From: Candidatus Cloacimonadota bacterium | GTDB lineage: Bacteria; Cloacimonadota; Cloacimonadia; JGIOTU-2 | Direction: 5' to 3' | DNA length: 64,000 nucleotides | Assembly: GCA_049903315.1 (NCBI GenBank) | Contig: JBNGBT010000005.1 | Span: forward strand, 32,001 to 96,000 | In this document: piece after piece, positions 49,476-58,846 of the stretch | Numbering within the stretch: position 1 is the first letter of the stretch | Layout: each line of letters begins with the position of its first letter | Position numbers and translations under genes: made by a program | The notes under the pieces: model-generated | Databases searched by the model: none | The model's input: the letters and a program-made list of their open reading frames with translations, nothing else | Told to the model about the DNA's origin: nothing

Positions 49476-49943
49476 ATGAATCCAAAAGTTAAAATCATAA
49501 TTGCATTCACAATTGTATTCATAGTGCTTGTGACTGGAACCCTCTTTGCAGATGAAGCCGCAAAAGCAAAAGCTCTTGTTGAGCAAGGTGTAGTGATGGC
49601 TGTAATGAAGGGGGAAGGTCCAACCCTGAAGGCTATCCAAAATGTAAATGGTCCTTTTATTGATGGTGATTTGTATCTTTTTGCAGGTCCGCTAGATAGA
49701 GTTACAATGACTGCGCATCCCTATAAACCAGAGATTGTCAACACTGATTTAAGTACATTCAATGATGGTCACGGCAATTTTCTATTTTTTGATTTTGCAA
49801 AAATTGCAATAGAAGATGGTGCAGGCTGGACTGAGTACTGGTGGCCCAAACCTGGGAAGAAAGAACTCTCACACAAAAAAACGTATGTGATGAAGGTTCC
49901 CGGTCAAGACATGTACATTGCATGCGGTTATTACGCAGACTAA
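49476..49943 (+). CDS. Secreted stand-alone single Cache domain protein
   Basis: Signal peptide; FIDGDLYLF, AHP, GWTEYWWPKPG, K-TYV, CGYY. Confidence 0.85.
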   Translation: MNPKVKIIIAFTIVFIVLVTGTLFADEAAKAKALVEQGVVMAVMKGEGPTLKAIQNVNGPFIDGDLYLFAGPLDRVTMTAHPYKPEIVNTDLSTFNDGHGNFLFFDFAKIAIEDGAGWTEYWWPKPGKKELSHKKTYVMKVPGQDMYIACGYYAD

Positions 49944-49975
49944 ACTCAGTTAAACACATAACCACGAATTTGACG

Positions 49976-50003
49976 AACCGCTGGATTTCCAGCGGTTTTG
50001 TTT
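49976..50003 (+). terminator. Probable terminator hairpin
   Basis: aaccgctgga-tt-tccagcggtt followed by ttgttt. Confidence 0.6.
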
Positions 50004-50150
50004 TGATATGTAAACAGGAAGAATTCAAATTCCTATTGCGATAGTCTTTCTGTGCAAGTTGCAGTGTCTATTCTCTAATTTTAAAGGAAAATTTCTTTCT
50101 TCATTGACAATTTAACTTCATATAGAAAATATACTCTCAAAATACACAGA

Positions 50151-50225
50151 GCGGGTTTAACTCAGTGGTAGAGTATTAGCTTCCCAAGCTAAGGGTCGCG
50201 AGTTCGAATCTCGTAACCCGCTCCA
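50151..50225 (+). tRNA. tRNA-Gly (anticodon CCC)
   Basis: GCGGGTT...AACCCGC-TCCA; anticodon arm TTAGC-TTCCCAA-GCTAA. Confidence 0.96.
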
Positions 50226-50233
50226 TATTTTTG

Positions 50234-50290
50234 TAACCACCCGGCTTCTTTCCAATACGCCGCGGCAGGTGAATTAACACGAATTTTCAC
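50234..50290 (+). repeat. 27-bp periodic repeat interrupted by a 30-nt GC-rich insert
   Basis: taaccac[ccggcttctttccaatacgccgcggcaggt]gaattaacacgaattttcac; flanks equal the reverse complement of 2254-2280. Confidence 0.75.
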
Positions 50291-50428
50291 TAAAATTATT
50301 TAAGAAATAAATATTAAATGGTTAATTAGAAAGCTATTTGATAGAAAATTTAGATTCTTTTAAAAAAAAGGGATTTGATTTATAAATCAAAAATTTGACG
50401 ATTTATTCCGGCACTTCACTTTCCTCCC

Positions 50429-52018
50429 ATGAAGATTTTGCTCTACAAAGGAAAAGTTCTCACCCAAGATCCACACAATCCTATTGCGGATACAGTCCTT
50501 ATTGATGGCAATACTATTGCGTTTGTGGGAAGAAAGGATGAAGTATCTGATACATTGTTCGATGATATCCTCAGAATAGATCTAAAAAATAAAGTGCTAC
50601 TCCCGGGTTTTATTGACTGTCACACTCATTTTGTAAACTATGCTTTTTCAAAACGTTACATAAATTTATCGGGATGTAATTCTGCGGAGACGATAAAAAA
50701 GAAATTGCTCAATTTCAAGGAAAAAATTACCGAAAAGCAAGTCTGGATACATGGAAGCGGTTGGGATAAAAATTTGTGGGATGATCCGAGTTTTTTCACT
50801 AAGGCATTTCTTGATAGAATTTTTCCAGATATTCCTGTCTCACTTTCAAGTAAAGACCTCCATTCTTTTCTATGTAATTCTCAAGCTTTAAAAGAGATGA
50901 ACATTGGTCCTTCGACACCTGATCCTCTTGAGGGAAGTTTCGGTCGAAATCCGAATGGGTCATTGAATGGTTTTCTTTATGAAAAAGCATGGAAGTACAT
51001 CGATGAAGCACGTCCCAATTCCTCGTTTGACGAACAGGTCTCACTTGTGAAAGATGCAATCGATGAAGCACATCACTTGGGACTCACCGGCATCAACAGC
51101 ATGGAAGGCAAAGAAGCCTTTGAAATATTCACATATTTAAAAAAGAAAGACCAACTTAACCTCCGAACCTGCTGGCATTTCCGATATGAATTACTTGATG
51201 AAATGATTGAAAAGGGTATGCGTTCCTATACAGGTGATGAGTGGTTCAAATATGGCGGATTAAAGCTATTTATGGATGGCTCGATTGGGTCTCATACTGC
51301 ATATATGTTCCATCCATATGCAGGGCAGCCAGAAAATTACGGTAGCCATTTTTATAGTGAAGAAGAGCTCTTTGAAATTGTATATAAAGCAGCAAAAAAT
51401 GGAATTTCTCCAACGATCCATTCAATAGGGGACAAAGCAAATATTTTTGTCATCAATACACTCACAAAAGTGAAAAATATTCCTGAAATAAAAGCGAAAA
51501 ATCTGCTCTATCGTATCGAGCATCTTCAGTGCTGTCTGCCGGAAGACCAGCAGCGGGTTGCACAAGAAGGGATCTATTGCTCAATGCAGCCGATCCACAT
51601 TAGTATTGACGTGAAAACGACACAAAGGTTGTGGGGGGAGTACGGGAACAATTCATATCCATTCCGGTCCTTGTTGGATAGGGGAGCGCTTCTCGGATTT
51701 GGTTCGGATGTGCCTGTGGAAACGCATAATCCCTTCCTCGGAATATATTCTGCATTGGAAAGAAAATATCAGTGCGATTTTGATGAAAAAAGCTGGATTC
51801 CTGAACAGAGAATTACTGCGCAGGAAGCAATTCGTGCCTACACAATTGATGCTGCAAAGGGAATGCGAAGTGAGGACATAATTGGTTCAATTACTCCCGG
51901 GAAAAAAGCTGACCTCATTGTGATCGATGATTTCGAACATGAACCAAACGAATTCTGGCTGGAAGCAAAACCCTATATGACGATCGTGGATGGGGAAATT
52001 AAGTTTAATAATTTGTAA
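50429..52018 (+). CDS. Amidohydrolase family 3 (YtcJ-like)
   Basis: PGFIDCHTH, KLFMDGS, HSIGD, RIEH, GSDVPV, GKKAD. Confidence 0.9.
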   Translation: MKILLYKGKVLTQDPHNPIADTVLIDGNTIAFVGRKDEVSDTLFDDILRIDLKNKVLLPGFIDCHTHFVNYAFSKRYINLSGCNSAETIKKKLLNFKEKITEKQVWIHGSGWDKNLWDDPSFFTKAFLDRIFPDIPVSLSSKDLHSFLCNSQALKEMNIGPSTPDPLEGSFGRNPNGSLNGFLYEKAWKYIDEARPNSSFDEQVSLVKDAIDEAHHLGLTGINSMEGKEAFEIFTYLKKKDQLNLRTCWHFRYELLDEMIEKGMRSYTGDEWFKYGGLKLFMDGSIGSHTAYMFHPYAGQPENYGSHFYSEEELFEIVYKAAKNGISPTIHSIGDKANIFVINTLTKVKNIPEIKAKNLLYRIEHLQCCLPEDQQRVAQEGIYCSMQPIHISIDVKTTQRLWGEYGNNSYPFRSLLDRGALLGFGSDVPVETHNPFLGIYSALERKYQCDFDEKSWIPEQRITAQEAIRAYTIDAAKGMRSEDIIGSITPGKKADLIVIDDFEHEPNEFWLEAKPYMTIVDGEIKFNNL

Positions 52019-52231
52019 GAAAAATATCGACTTTATAAATTTTAAAACAATTGAAAGAAACCAATAAATAAATCAATCGATTTATCAGGAAAACGTCCCA
52101 ACGATTTCGATTATTTAATATATATTAATAAATTTAAAAAATAATTGACAGCCCTTCAAAAAATATCACATATTGGCATCGAATGTCATAGATATTCAAA
52201 AAAAGTCAAAATATGGCATTCGGGAGGTTCC

Positions 52232-52669
52232 GTGTCCGGTACTTTTTTGGGTTCGATCGAAGGTTCGATTACCAATAGACGAGTGAGTATTCCTCAATCA
52301 TTCAGAGAGCTTATTGCACTCTCAGCACGGATGCTGGTCGTTGCAGTCCGAGGTAGAAAGAACACGATCTATATATTTCCAATGGATGTTTGGAAAAATC
52401 TGGAGCATGATCTTGAGCAGGGAACAGAAAATGAAAAACAACTCCTGAAAATGTTCCGCATCTATGCGACGGTGATTAAAGTCGAGGGACCGGGACGTAT
52501 CCTGTTACCTAAAAAATTGTTGGAGATCGCTGAGGTAGAAAATAAGATCGTTTTCTTGGGTGAAGGCAAATTCTTTTCAATCTGGAATCCTGAAAATTTC
52601 CAAAAATACGAAGAAGAAATTGCTCAGCACTATGATGAAAAACTGCAAGAGAATGAATTTCTCTTATAA
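52232..52669 (+). CDS. mraZ: Division/cell wall cluster regulator MraZ
   Basis: FLG...RVSIP--FR, GRILLP, G-G-FFSIW; GTG start after GGAGG; heads the dcw cluster. Confidence 0.8.
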   Translation: MSGTFLGSIEGSITNRRVSIPQSFRELIALSARMLVVAVRGRKNTIYIFPMDVWKNLEHDLEQGTENEKQLLKMFRIYATVIKVEGPGRILLPKKLLEIAEVENKIVFLGEGKFFSIWNPENFQKYEEEIAQHYDEKLQENEFLL

Positions 52670-52685
52670 ATCCGCAGGAGGAACA

Positions 52686-53111
52686 ATGAAAGTTTCCATC
52701 GGACAGATTATGCAATTCAAGAAGATCAAAGGAGTGAAACTTCCGGAAGGACCTTATAAGATCGAAAATTTTGATGACGTACCGCACGAAATGGAATTCG
52801 GTCTCTTTGCGTATGAGATCGGAGGAAATAGTGCTCAGTACATTGATGTAAAAAAACTTAAAAACGGCTCCGAAGAAGAAAAAGAACTACTCGAAAAATT
52901 TAAAATGTATTCATCTCTGCTGTCTGTAGAAGCACTTCCTCACCTCATGCACCCTAAAGATATCATTGATATCGAAGAAGTGAATGAACACATTTTACTA
53001 CATTGCGGAAATCGCTATTTCTCGATCTGGGATGGAGATAATTTCAAACGTTATGAAAAATATCTCAGTTTTAACCTGCATCAGGATCAACCTCACCACT
53101 ACGTGCAATGA
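52686..53111 (+). CDS. Diverged MraZ paralog with novel N-terminal half
   Basis: C-terminal half aligns without gaps to the C-terminal half of the upstream MraZ; GGAGG RBS; overlaps rsmH start. Confidence 0.75.
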   Translation: MKVSIGQIMQFKKIKGVKLPEGPYKIENFDDVPHEMEFGLFAYEIGGNSAQYIDVKKLKNGSEEEKELLEKFKMYSSLLSVEALPHLMHPKDIIDIEEVNEHILLHCGNRYFSIWDGDNFKRYEKYLSFNLHQDQPHHYVQ

Positions 53112-54031
53112 AATCTTTTCACATTCCTGTTCTTAAAGACTGCTCTATTGACTTTCTCCAGATTAAAAAAGGTGGGATCTATGTCGATGCCACACTTGGT
53201 GGTGGAGGACACACGGAAGCGATGTTTGAACAGGAACAAGATATTCATGTTATTGCATTTGATCATGATAGGGATGCGATTGACTTCGCACAGAAACGCC
53301 TGAAAAAGTATTTGGACAGAATCATTTTTGTGAATAAAAATTTCTCTTATCTTTCCTCTGCATTAGCGCTTAACAGAATTTCAAAGATTGATGGCATTCT
53401 TTTTGATCTCGGTTTCTCCTCACATCAGATCGACCAGCAACGCGGTTTCAGTTACACGCAAGATGATGAACTGGATATGAGAATGAACCGCAACAACGGA
53501 AAACTTACTGCATACGACATTGTGAATTTTTATCCACAAGACAAACTGGAACAGGTTCTGCATGACTACAGCGAAGACAGGTTTTGGAAGCGTATCAGTA
53601 ATGCTATTCTTCGGGCGAGAAAAGACAAAAAGATAGAAACCACAAAACAACTGAGAGATATCATAGAAAAAGTGATCCCGAAAGATAAGGGATTTAAAAC
53701 ATTATCGAGAATTTTTCAGGCACTTCGTATCGAAGTGAATAAAGAACTCGATGCGCTTGAAAAGGGATTGAAATCTTCGGTAGAGGTTCTGAAAAAAGGT
53801 GGAAGGATCGCAGTCATTTCCTATCACTCTCTTGAGGATCGCATTGTGAAACAGTTTTTTAAATATGAGAATCTTGAATGTATTTGCCCAGCCTATTTAC
53901 CCCGCTGTGTTTGTGAAAAAGAAGTAAGATTGAAAATTATCACAAAAAAACCCGTCATTCCGACCGAGGAAGAGATCAAGGAAAATTCTCGTGCTCGAAG
54001 TGCAAAATTGCGCGTCGCAGAGAGGTGCTGA
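53108..54031 (+). CDS. rsmH: 16S rRNA C1402 methyltransferase
   Basis: HIPVL, DATLGGGGH, DLGFSS, LDMRM, FQALRIEVN, SYHSLEDR, RARSAKLR. Confidence 0.96.
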   Translation: MKSFHIPVLKDCSIDFLQIKKGGIYVDATLGGGGHTEAMFEQEQDIHVIAFDHDRDAIDFAQKRLKKYLDRIIFVNKNFSYLSSALALNRISKIDGILFDLGFSSHQIDQQRGFSYTQDDELDMRMNRNNGKLTAYDIVNFYPQDKLEQVLHDYSEDRFWKRISNAILRARKDKKIETTKQLRDIIEKVIPKDKGFKTLSRIFQALRIEVNKELDALEKGLKSSVEVLKKGGRIAVISYHSLEDRIVKQFFKYENLECICPAYLPRCVCEKEVRLKIITKKPVIPTEEEIKENSRARSAKLRVAERC

Positions 54032-54375
54032 TGAATAAAAAACCATCTATACTTTTTATCATTTTTATTTCATTTTTTTGCTTCATCGTGATTTCCAGTC
54101 TGCTCCGTTCACTTTTTCTTGAACAGCAAAGGGAACTCTTAGCCCTCGAACAGAAAATCCAGGACAGCCGCGATATTATTACTGATCTTAGAAATGATAT
54201 CAGCCAGTTATCCCTGGATACCCGCATCATAGAAATCGCCGGTAGCACTCTTCAAATGGATTTTCCTGATCCAACCAGCATTATCAGTGTGAAGAAAAAC
54301 CAGGTTTCTTCAGATCAAGTAAACTACTCTTTATTAAACTTTATTTCCCCGGAAGCTATTGCTGCGGATAAATAG
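54031..54375 (+). CDS. ftsL: Cell division protein FtsL-like
   Basis: Single TM followed by coiled coil, between rsmH and ftsI. Confidence 0.65.
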   Translation: MNKKPSILFIIFISFFCFIVISSLLRSLFLEQQRELLALEQKIQDSRDIITDLRNDISQLSLDTRIIEIAGSTLQMDFPDPTSIISVKKNQVSSDQVNYSLLNFISPEAIAADK

Positions 54376-54391
54376 CAAATAACTCTTTCCA

Positions 54392-56377
54392 ATGCAGCAA
54401 AATAAAGGTAGAATTGCATCGATAAAAATTATCTTTATTCTTGTATTTTGTGTTTTTATATTTCGATTATTCTCCATCCAATTATTAGACGTTTACGGCT
54501 TTTATAATAATTACCAACGTTATAAAAATAAGAAAACCATTGTACCCGCAGAGCGCGGTTTTATCTATGACAGGCATGGGATTGCACTGGCAGGCAACAA
54601 AAAATTATATAAGCTGGAATTCTGCCCGAAGCTGATAAAATGGGAAAAGAAGGACTCACTTTCTACTGTTGATAGAGAAATTGTATATGATGAAATAACT
54701 CAGATAATTGCTCAAAATACAGATAAAACCTGTGACGAGCTTACCAGCAGGATATCGACTTTTGAAGAGGATTTTCCTTATGGTTTTGAGCTTGTTACTC
54801 ACATCGATGCTGCACAAAAGGACAGGATATTGCAAGCTCTTGATAATCAGGGAATTCACGGTGTGCTCGATTACAAACAGAAATCGGAAAGAGTATATCC
54901 AAAAGGAGATCTGGCAGGTCCGCTCATCGGATTTTATGAGTATGATAATGACAATGCATTGTGTGGCATCGAACTTGTATCCGATAACGAATTGACCGGT
55001 CAGGACGGATGGTCCGAAGTAATTCAATACGGGACAGGTGATGATTTTCATTTTGATGACATGCCGCTGCAGAAACCGATTTCCGGTAAATCTGTTTACC
55101 TCACTATTGATGCTCATCTTCAGGCAATTCTGGAAAAAAATCTCATTCACGGCATTGAAGAGTATGATGCAAAAGGAGCGATTGGCATTATCATTTCTCC
55201 CTGTACAGGTGAAATATTTGCGATGAGAGGGATAAACCGCGAATATATAGATAGTTCTGTGCGAGAGAGTCATACTCTGCCGATCTACCCAATTAACTGG
55301 CAGTACGAACCCGGATCCACTCTCAAACCAGTCACTGCGCTCATCGCAATAGAAGATAATATTTATCATGCAGATGATATCATAGATTGCAGAACCCGGA
55401 AGATCGGCGGACGGACTATTTCCGATGTAAAACCGCTGCAATATTTGACCTTCAAGCAGGTTCTTTCTAAGTCTAGCAATTGCGGTATTACACGTGTCGC
55501 AGATAACATTGAACCGTACAAATTATATAAAACACTTACAGAACTCGGCTTTGGTCATAAAACAGGTATTATTTTAAATGGTGAAAGTGCAGGTCTTATT
55601 CGGCACCCGAGCAAGTGGTCCAAGTATTCCTTGCATTCCCTTTCTTTTGGTCAGGAACTCACTGTGACAGTGCTTCAACTTGCCTATGCGTATGCATCGC
55701 TTGCGAACGGCGGAAAAATGCTGCAGCCGAAAATAATATATAAAATTGAAGATGAGGAGCAGAACATCCTCTTTGAACCTCAAACAACTGTCGTGAGACA
55801 GGTATCAAATCTATGGGCTCTTGACACGCTCAGGACGTACTTAAAGGCAGTCGTTGATGAGGGACACGGAGTAGGAACTAAGCTTGGATATATTTCAATC
55901 GCAGGCAAAACAGGCACTGCGGAAAAACTCGATCCCGAAGGTCACGGATACCTTGAGGGAGCTTATATTACGAGTTTTGCGGGGTTTTTCCCTGTTGAGA
56001 ATCCCCAGGTAGTTATGGTGATATTATTTGATGAACCGGATTATGATCATCGCTACGGAAGTATATCAGCAGTTCCGACCTTCAGAAAAATTGTCGAAGA
56101 AATGACCGTCCTTCCACAAAATGATATTTTATACATAGCTAATGAAGCGAACCGGGAATATGTACTAGTTCCGAAATGCATCGGAAAATCCATAAAAGAA
56201 GCGTGCCAAATTTTGGTTGAGCACAATATAGATTTCACCAGTTTTGGGGACGGTGATATTATAATAGATCAGTTCCCCAAGCCAGGTGTGACAATGCTGG
56301 AAGGCTCATTTATAATCCTTCAGACTGGGTTTCAAATCCTCACACAAAATAACTTGAATCCAAACTTGACGCAATAA
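54392..56377 (+). CDS. ftsI: Class B PBP (PBP3) with PASTA domain
   Basis: RGFIYDR, EPGSTLK, SSN, KTGT motifs. Confidence 0.92.
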   Translation: MQQNKGRIASIKIIFILVFCVFIFRLFSIQLLDVYGFYNNYQRYKNKKTIVPAERGFIYDRHGIALAGNKKLYKLEFCPKLIKWEKKDSLSTVDREIVYDEITQIIAQNTDKTCDELTSRISTFEEDFPYGFELVTHIDAAQKDRILQALDNQGIHGVLDYKQKSERVYPKGDLAGPLIGFYEYDNDNALCGIELVSDNELTGQDGWSEVIQYGTGDDFHFDDMPLQKPISGKSVYLTIDAHLQAILEKNLIHGIEEYDAKGAIGIIISPCTGEIFAMRGINREYIDSSVRESHTLPIYPINWQYEPGSTLKPVTALIAIEDNIYHADDIIDCRTRKIGGRTISDVKPLQYLTFKQVLSKSSNCGITRVADNIEPYKLYKTLTELGFGHKTGIILNGESAGLIRHPSKWSKYSLHSLSFGQELTVTVLQLAYAYASLANGGKMLQPKIIYKIEDEEQNILFEPQTTVVRQVSNLWALDTLRTYLKAVVDEGHGVGTKLGYISIAGKTGTAEKLDPEGHGYLEGAYITSFAGFFPVENPQVVMVILFDEPDYDHRYGSISAVPTFRKIVEEMTVLPQNDILYIANEANREYVLVPKCIGKSIKEACQILVEHNIDFTSFGDGDIIIDQFPKPGVTMLEGSFIILQTGFQILTQNNLNPNLTQ

Positions 56378-56404
56378 ATGAGAATCAAAGTCTAAGGTTT
56401 CTTT

Positions 56405-57742
56405 ATGAAAAATTTGAAAATCCAACAGGTTATTACAGCGATTAATGCGACTACTATTGCACCGGAAGATGCAGAGATAAACTGTGTCGTACATGATTCT
56501 CGTGAGTGTAAAACTCATCCAGATAAGAAGATACTCTATTTTGCGATACCTGGTGAGCAGGTGGACGGACATGACTTTGTAAAAGAAGCACTCTCACAGG
56601 GAGCTTCTTATGCGGTTGTAGATCACGAGCTTCAGGATAAAATCGATTCCAAGAAACTCATTTTTGTTGAAGATACAGTAAAGGCATTGGATGCGCTGGG
56701 CAAATATTATCTCAGCCTGTTTAATATAACCAAAATAGCGATTACAGGTTCTGTTGGGAAGACCATCTCAAAAGAGTTCATTGCAAATGTTTTGTCTCAA
56801 AAATATAATGTTCATAGAAGTTCAGGAAATCTCAATACTACAATTGGACTCCCAATCACCATATTTGATATAGATGATAGTCACGAAATAACAGTTTTGG
56901 AACTCGGCACAAATCATTTTGGAGAGATAAAAACGCTCACAAAAATGGTCGAACCTGATATTGCGATTATCACGAATATCGGTCCATCGCATATAGAATT
57001 TTTGGAAAATCTCGGAGGCGTCTTCAAAGAAAAGAATGATATCTTCAAATATTCTCCAAATCAAACACTGAAAATTTTTAATGGAAATATTGCTTATCTT
57101 CAAAACAAAAAAGGTCAAACGCATTACTATTCCTATGGATTTGAGAATGATAACGATCTTGTTGTGAGTGACATAGCTCGCATTGATCATAAATATTCAT
57201 ACTTGGTAAATGATGAAAAATATTATAATTTTAATGACGTGTATCACAATGTTCTTAATGCCATTCCTGCGATAATTATCGGGAAGCATTTTGGGCTTTC
57301 TCACAAAGAGATTCAGAAAGGTCTATCAATAAAACCGGAAGTTGGCTTGAGGATGGAGATGCGAAGGAATACGAACAAAAAATGGACGATCATAGCTGAC
57401 TGTTACAATGCCAATCCTGTATCAATGATCTCAGCGCTGGAATATCTGCAATCTCTTCCTCATAAAGATAAGGTAGTGATACTCGGAGATATGCTCGAAC
57501 TTGGGCAAGAGAGTCAGCAGTATCATGAAGATATTGGCATACTGGTAAAGGATATGGGATTGAGGAGATCGATCGCAATCGGAGATATGGCAAGATTTTA
57601 TAAATTTATGACACATTACTCATCTGCAGAAGAATTCATAGACCATTTTTCGGATGAGATGTTTCCTGAGGGTGCTGCAATATTGGTAAAAGCATCCCGG
57701 GGTATTGCGTTAGAAAAAATCGCAGAAAGGCTGGCAACGTAA
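56405..57742 (+). CDS. murF: UDP-MurNAc-tripeptide:D-Ala-D-Ala ligase
   Basis: ITGSVGKT, N-NTTIGLP, DCYNANP-SM, LGDMLELG, KASRG. Confidence 0.93.
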   Translation: MKNLKIQQVITAINATTIAPEDAEINCVVHDSRECKTHPDKKILYFAIPGEQVDGHDFVKEALSQGASYAVVDHELQDKIDSKKLIFVEDTVKALDALGKYYLSLFNITKIAITGSVGKTISKEFIANVLSQKYNVHRSSGNLNTTIGLPITIFDIDDSHEITVLELGTNHFGEIKTLTKMVEPDIAIITNIGPSHIEFLENLGGVFKEKNDIFKYSPNQTLKIFNGNIAYLQNKKGQTHYYSYGFENDNDLVVSDIARIDHKYSYLVNDEKYYNFNDVYHNVLNAIPAIIIGKHFGLSHKEIQKGLSIKPEVGLRMEMRRNTNKKWTIIADCYNANPVSMISALEYLQSLPHKDKVVILGDMLELGQESQQYHEDIGILVKDMGLRRSIAIGDMARFYKFMTHYSSAEEFIDHFSDEMFPEGAAILVKASRGIALEKIAERLAT

Positions 57743-58845
57743 TGTTTTATCATATTTTGTACCCTCTTGTAAGGGTTCACATCATTTTTAATGTTTTTCA
57801 GTACATTACTTTCCGCGCGATCGGTGCATTTGTTACCGCGCTTATTTTATGTTTTATATTTGGTCCCAAAATCATCAAATCCTTGAGAAAACATCAGGTA
57901 ACAGAAAATATTAATACGCTCCTCCCTGCTACACATATGAAGAAAAAGGGAACTCCCACGATGGGAGGTATTATAATTGGTCTTGGATTGCTTATTTCAA
58001 GCCTGCTCTGGAACAATCTTACAAATCCCTATGTGCTAATAGCGCTGCTTGTGACGTTATGGTTAGGGGGATTAGGATTTCTGGATGACTATCTGAAAAA
58101 TGTGCGGCATTTAGAGCAGGGTTTAGTTGAAAAATACAAGATCGCAGGACAGCTTGTGCTCGGAATCCTCATTGCTGTTACTCTCTATTTCGGATATCAG
58201 CAAAGTCATTCGATCACGTATATTAGTGTTCCATTTTTAAAAGATACATCATTTTCACTTGGTGTATTATTCATTCCTTTTGTGGCACTATTTATCACTT
58301 TTTATTCAAATGCAGTAAATCTGACTGATGGATTGGATGGGCTCGCAGCAGGAACTATCGCGCTTGTTGCGTTCGGATTGGGAGTTATGGCATATGTGAA
58401 AGGTCATATTGTGATCGCAGACTATCTAAAGCTCGAATTTATTGCTGATGCAGGGGAGTTAACCGTATTTACCACTGCAATTATTGGCTCGATACTGGGA
58501 TTCCTCTGGTTTAATATAAAACCTGCTCAGGTGTTCATGGGAGATACCGGAGCACTCTCCATGGGAGGTGTCCTGGCTGTCATGGCTATCCTCCTCAAAG
58601 AAGAGATCTTTTTTGTAATGATCGGTCTTGTGTTCGTTGTTGAGGCAGTTTCATCTCTTGTTCAGAGATACTATTTCAAGCATACACGCATAAAGCACGG
58701 TGAAGGAAAACGCTTACTACTCTGTGCTCCGCTCCATCATCATTACGAGCTGAAAGGCTGGTCCGAAAACCAGATCGTCATACGTTTCTGGATCGTAACC
58801 ATGCTTTTGACCGCTATCGGACTTGCCACATTAAAGTTAAGATAA
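57742..58845 (+). CDS. mraY: Phospho-MurNAc-pentapeptide transferase
   Basis: KKGTPTMGG, DDYLK, NAVNLTDGLDGL, FMGDTG, APLHHH. Confidence 0.96.
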   Translation: MFYHILYPLVRVHIIFNVFQYITFRAIGAFVTALILCFIFGPKIIKSLRKHQVTENINTLLPATHMKKKGTPTMGGIIIGLGLLISSLLWNNLTNPYVLIALLVTLWLGGLGFLDDYLKNVRHLEQGLVEKYKIAGQLVLGILIAVTLYFGYQQSHSITYISVPFLKDTSFSLGVLFIPFVALFITFYSNAVNLTDGLDGLAAGTIALVAFGLGVMAYVKGHIVIADYLKLEFIADAGELTVFTTAIIGSILGFLWFNIKPAQVFMGDTGALSMGGVLAVMAILLKEEIFFVMIGLVFVVEAVSSLVQRYYFKHTRIKHGEGKRLLLCAPLHHHYELKGWSENQIVIRFWIVTMLLTAIGLATLKLR

Positions 58846-58846
58846 T

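Noticed and set aside
52020..52231. Canonical MraZ GTGGG-type binding boxes
   Set aside because: No such repeated boxes are visible upstream of mraZ.
52145..52231. Extended N-termini from the ORF track (mraZ; also HU, DUF2851, trmL, deoC, WbqC)
   Set aside because: Downstream starts fit RBS position or gene overlap and family N-termini better; several extensions run through promoters.
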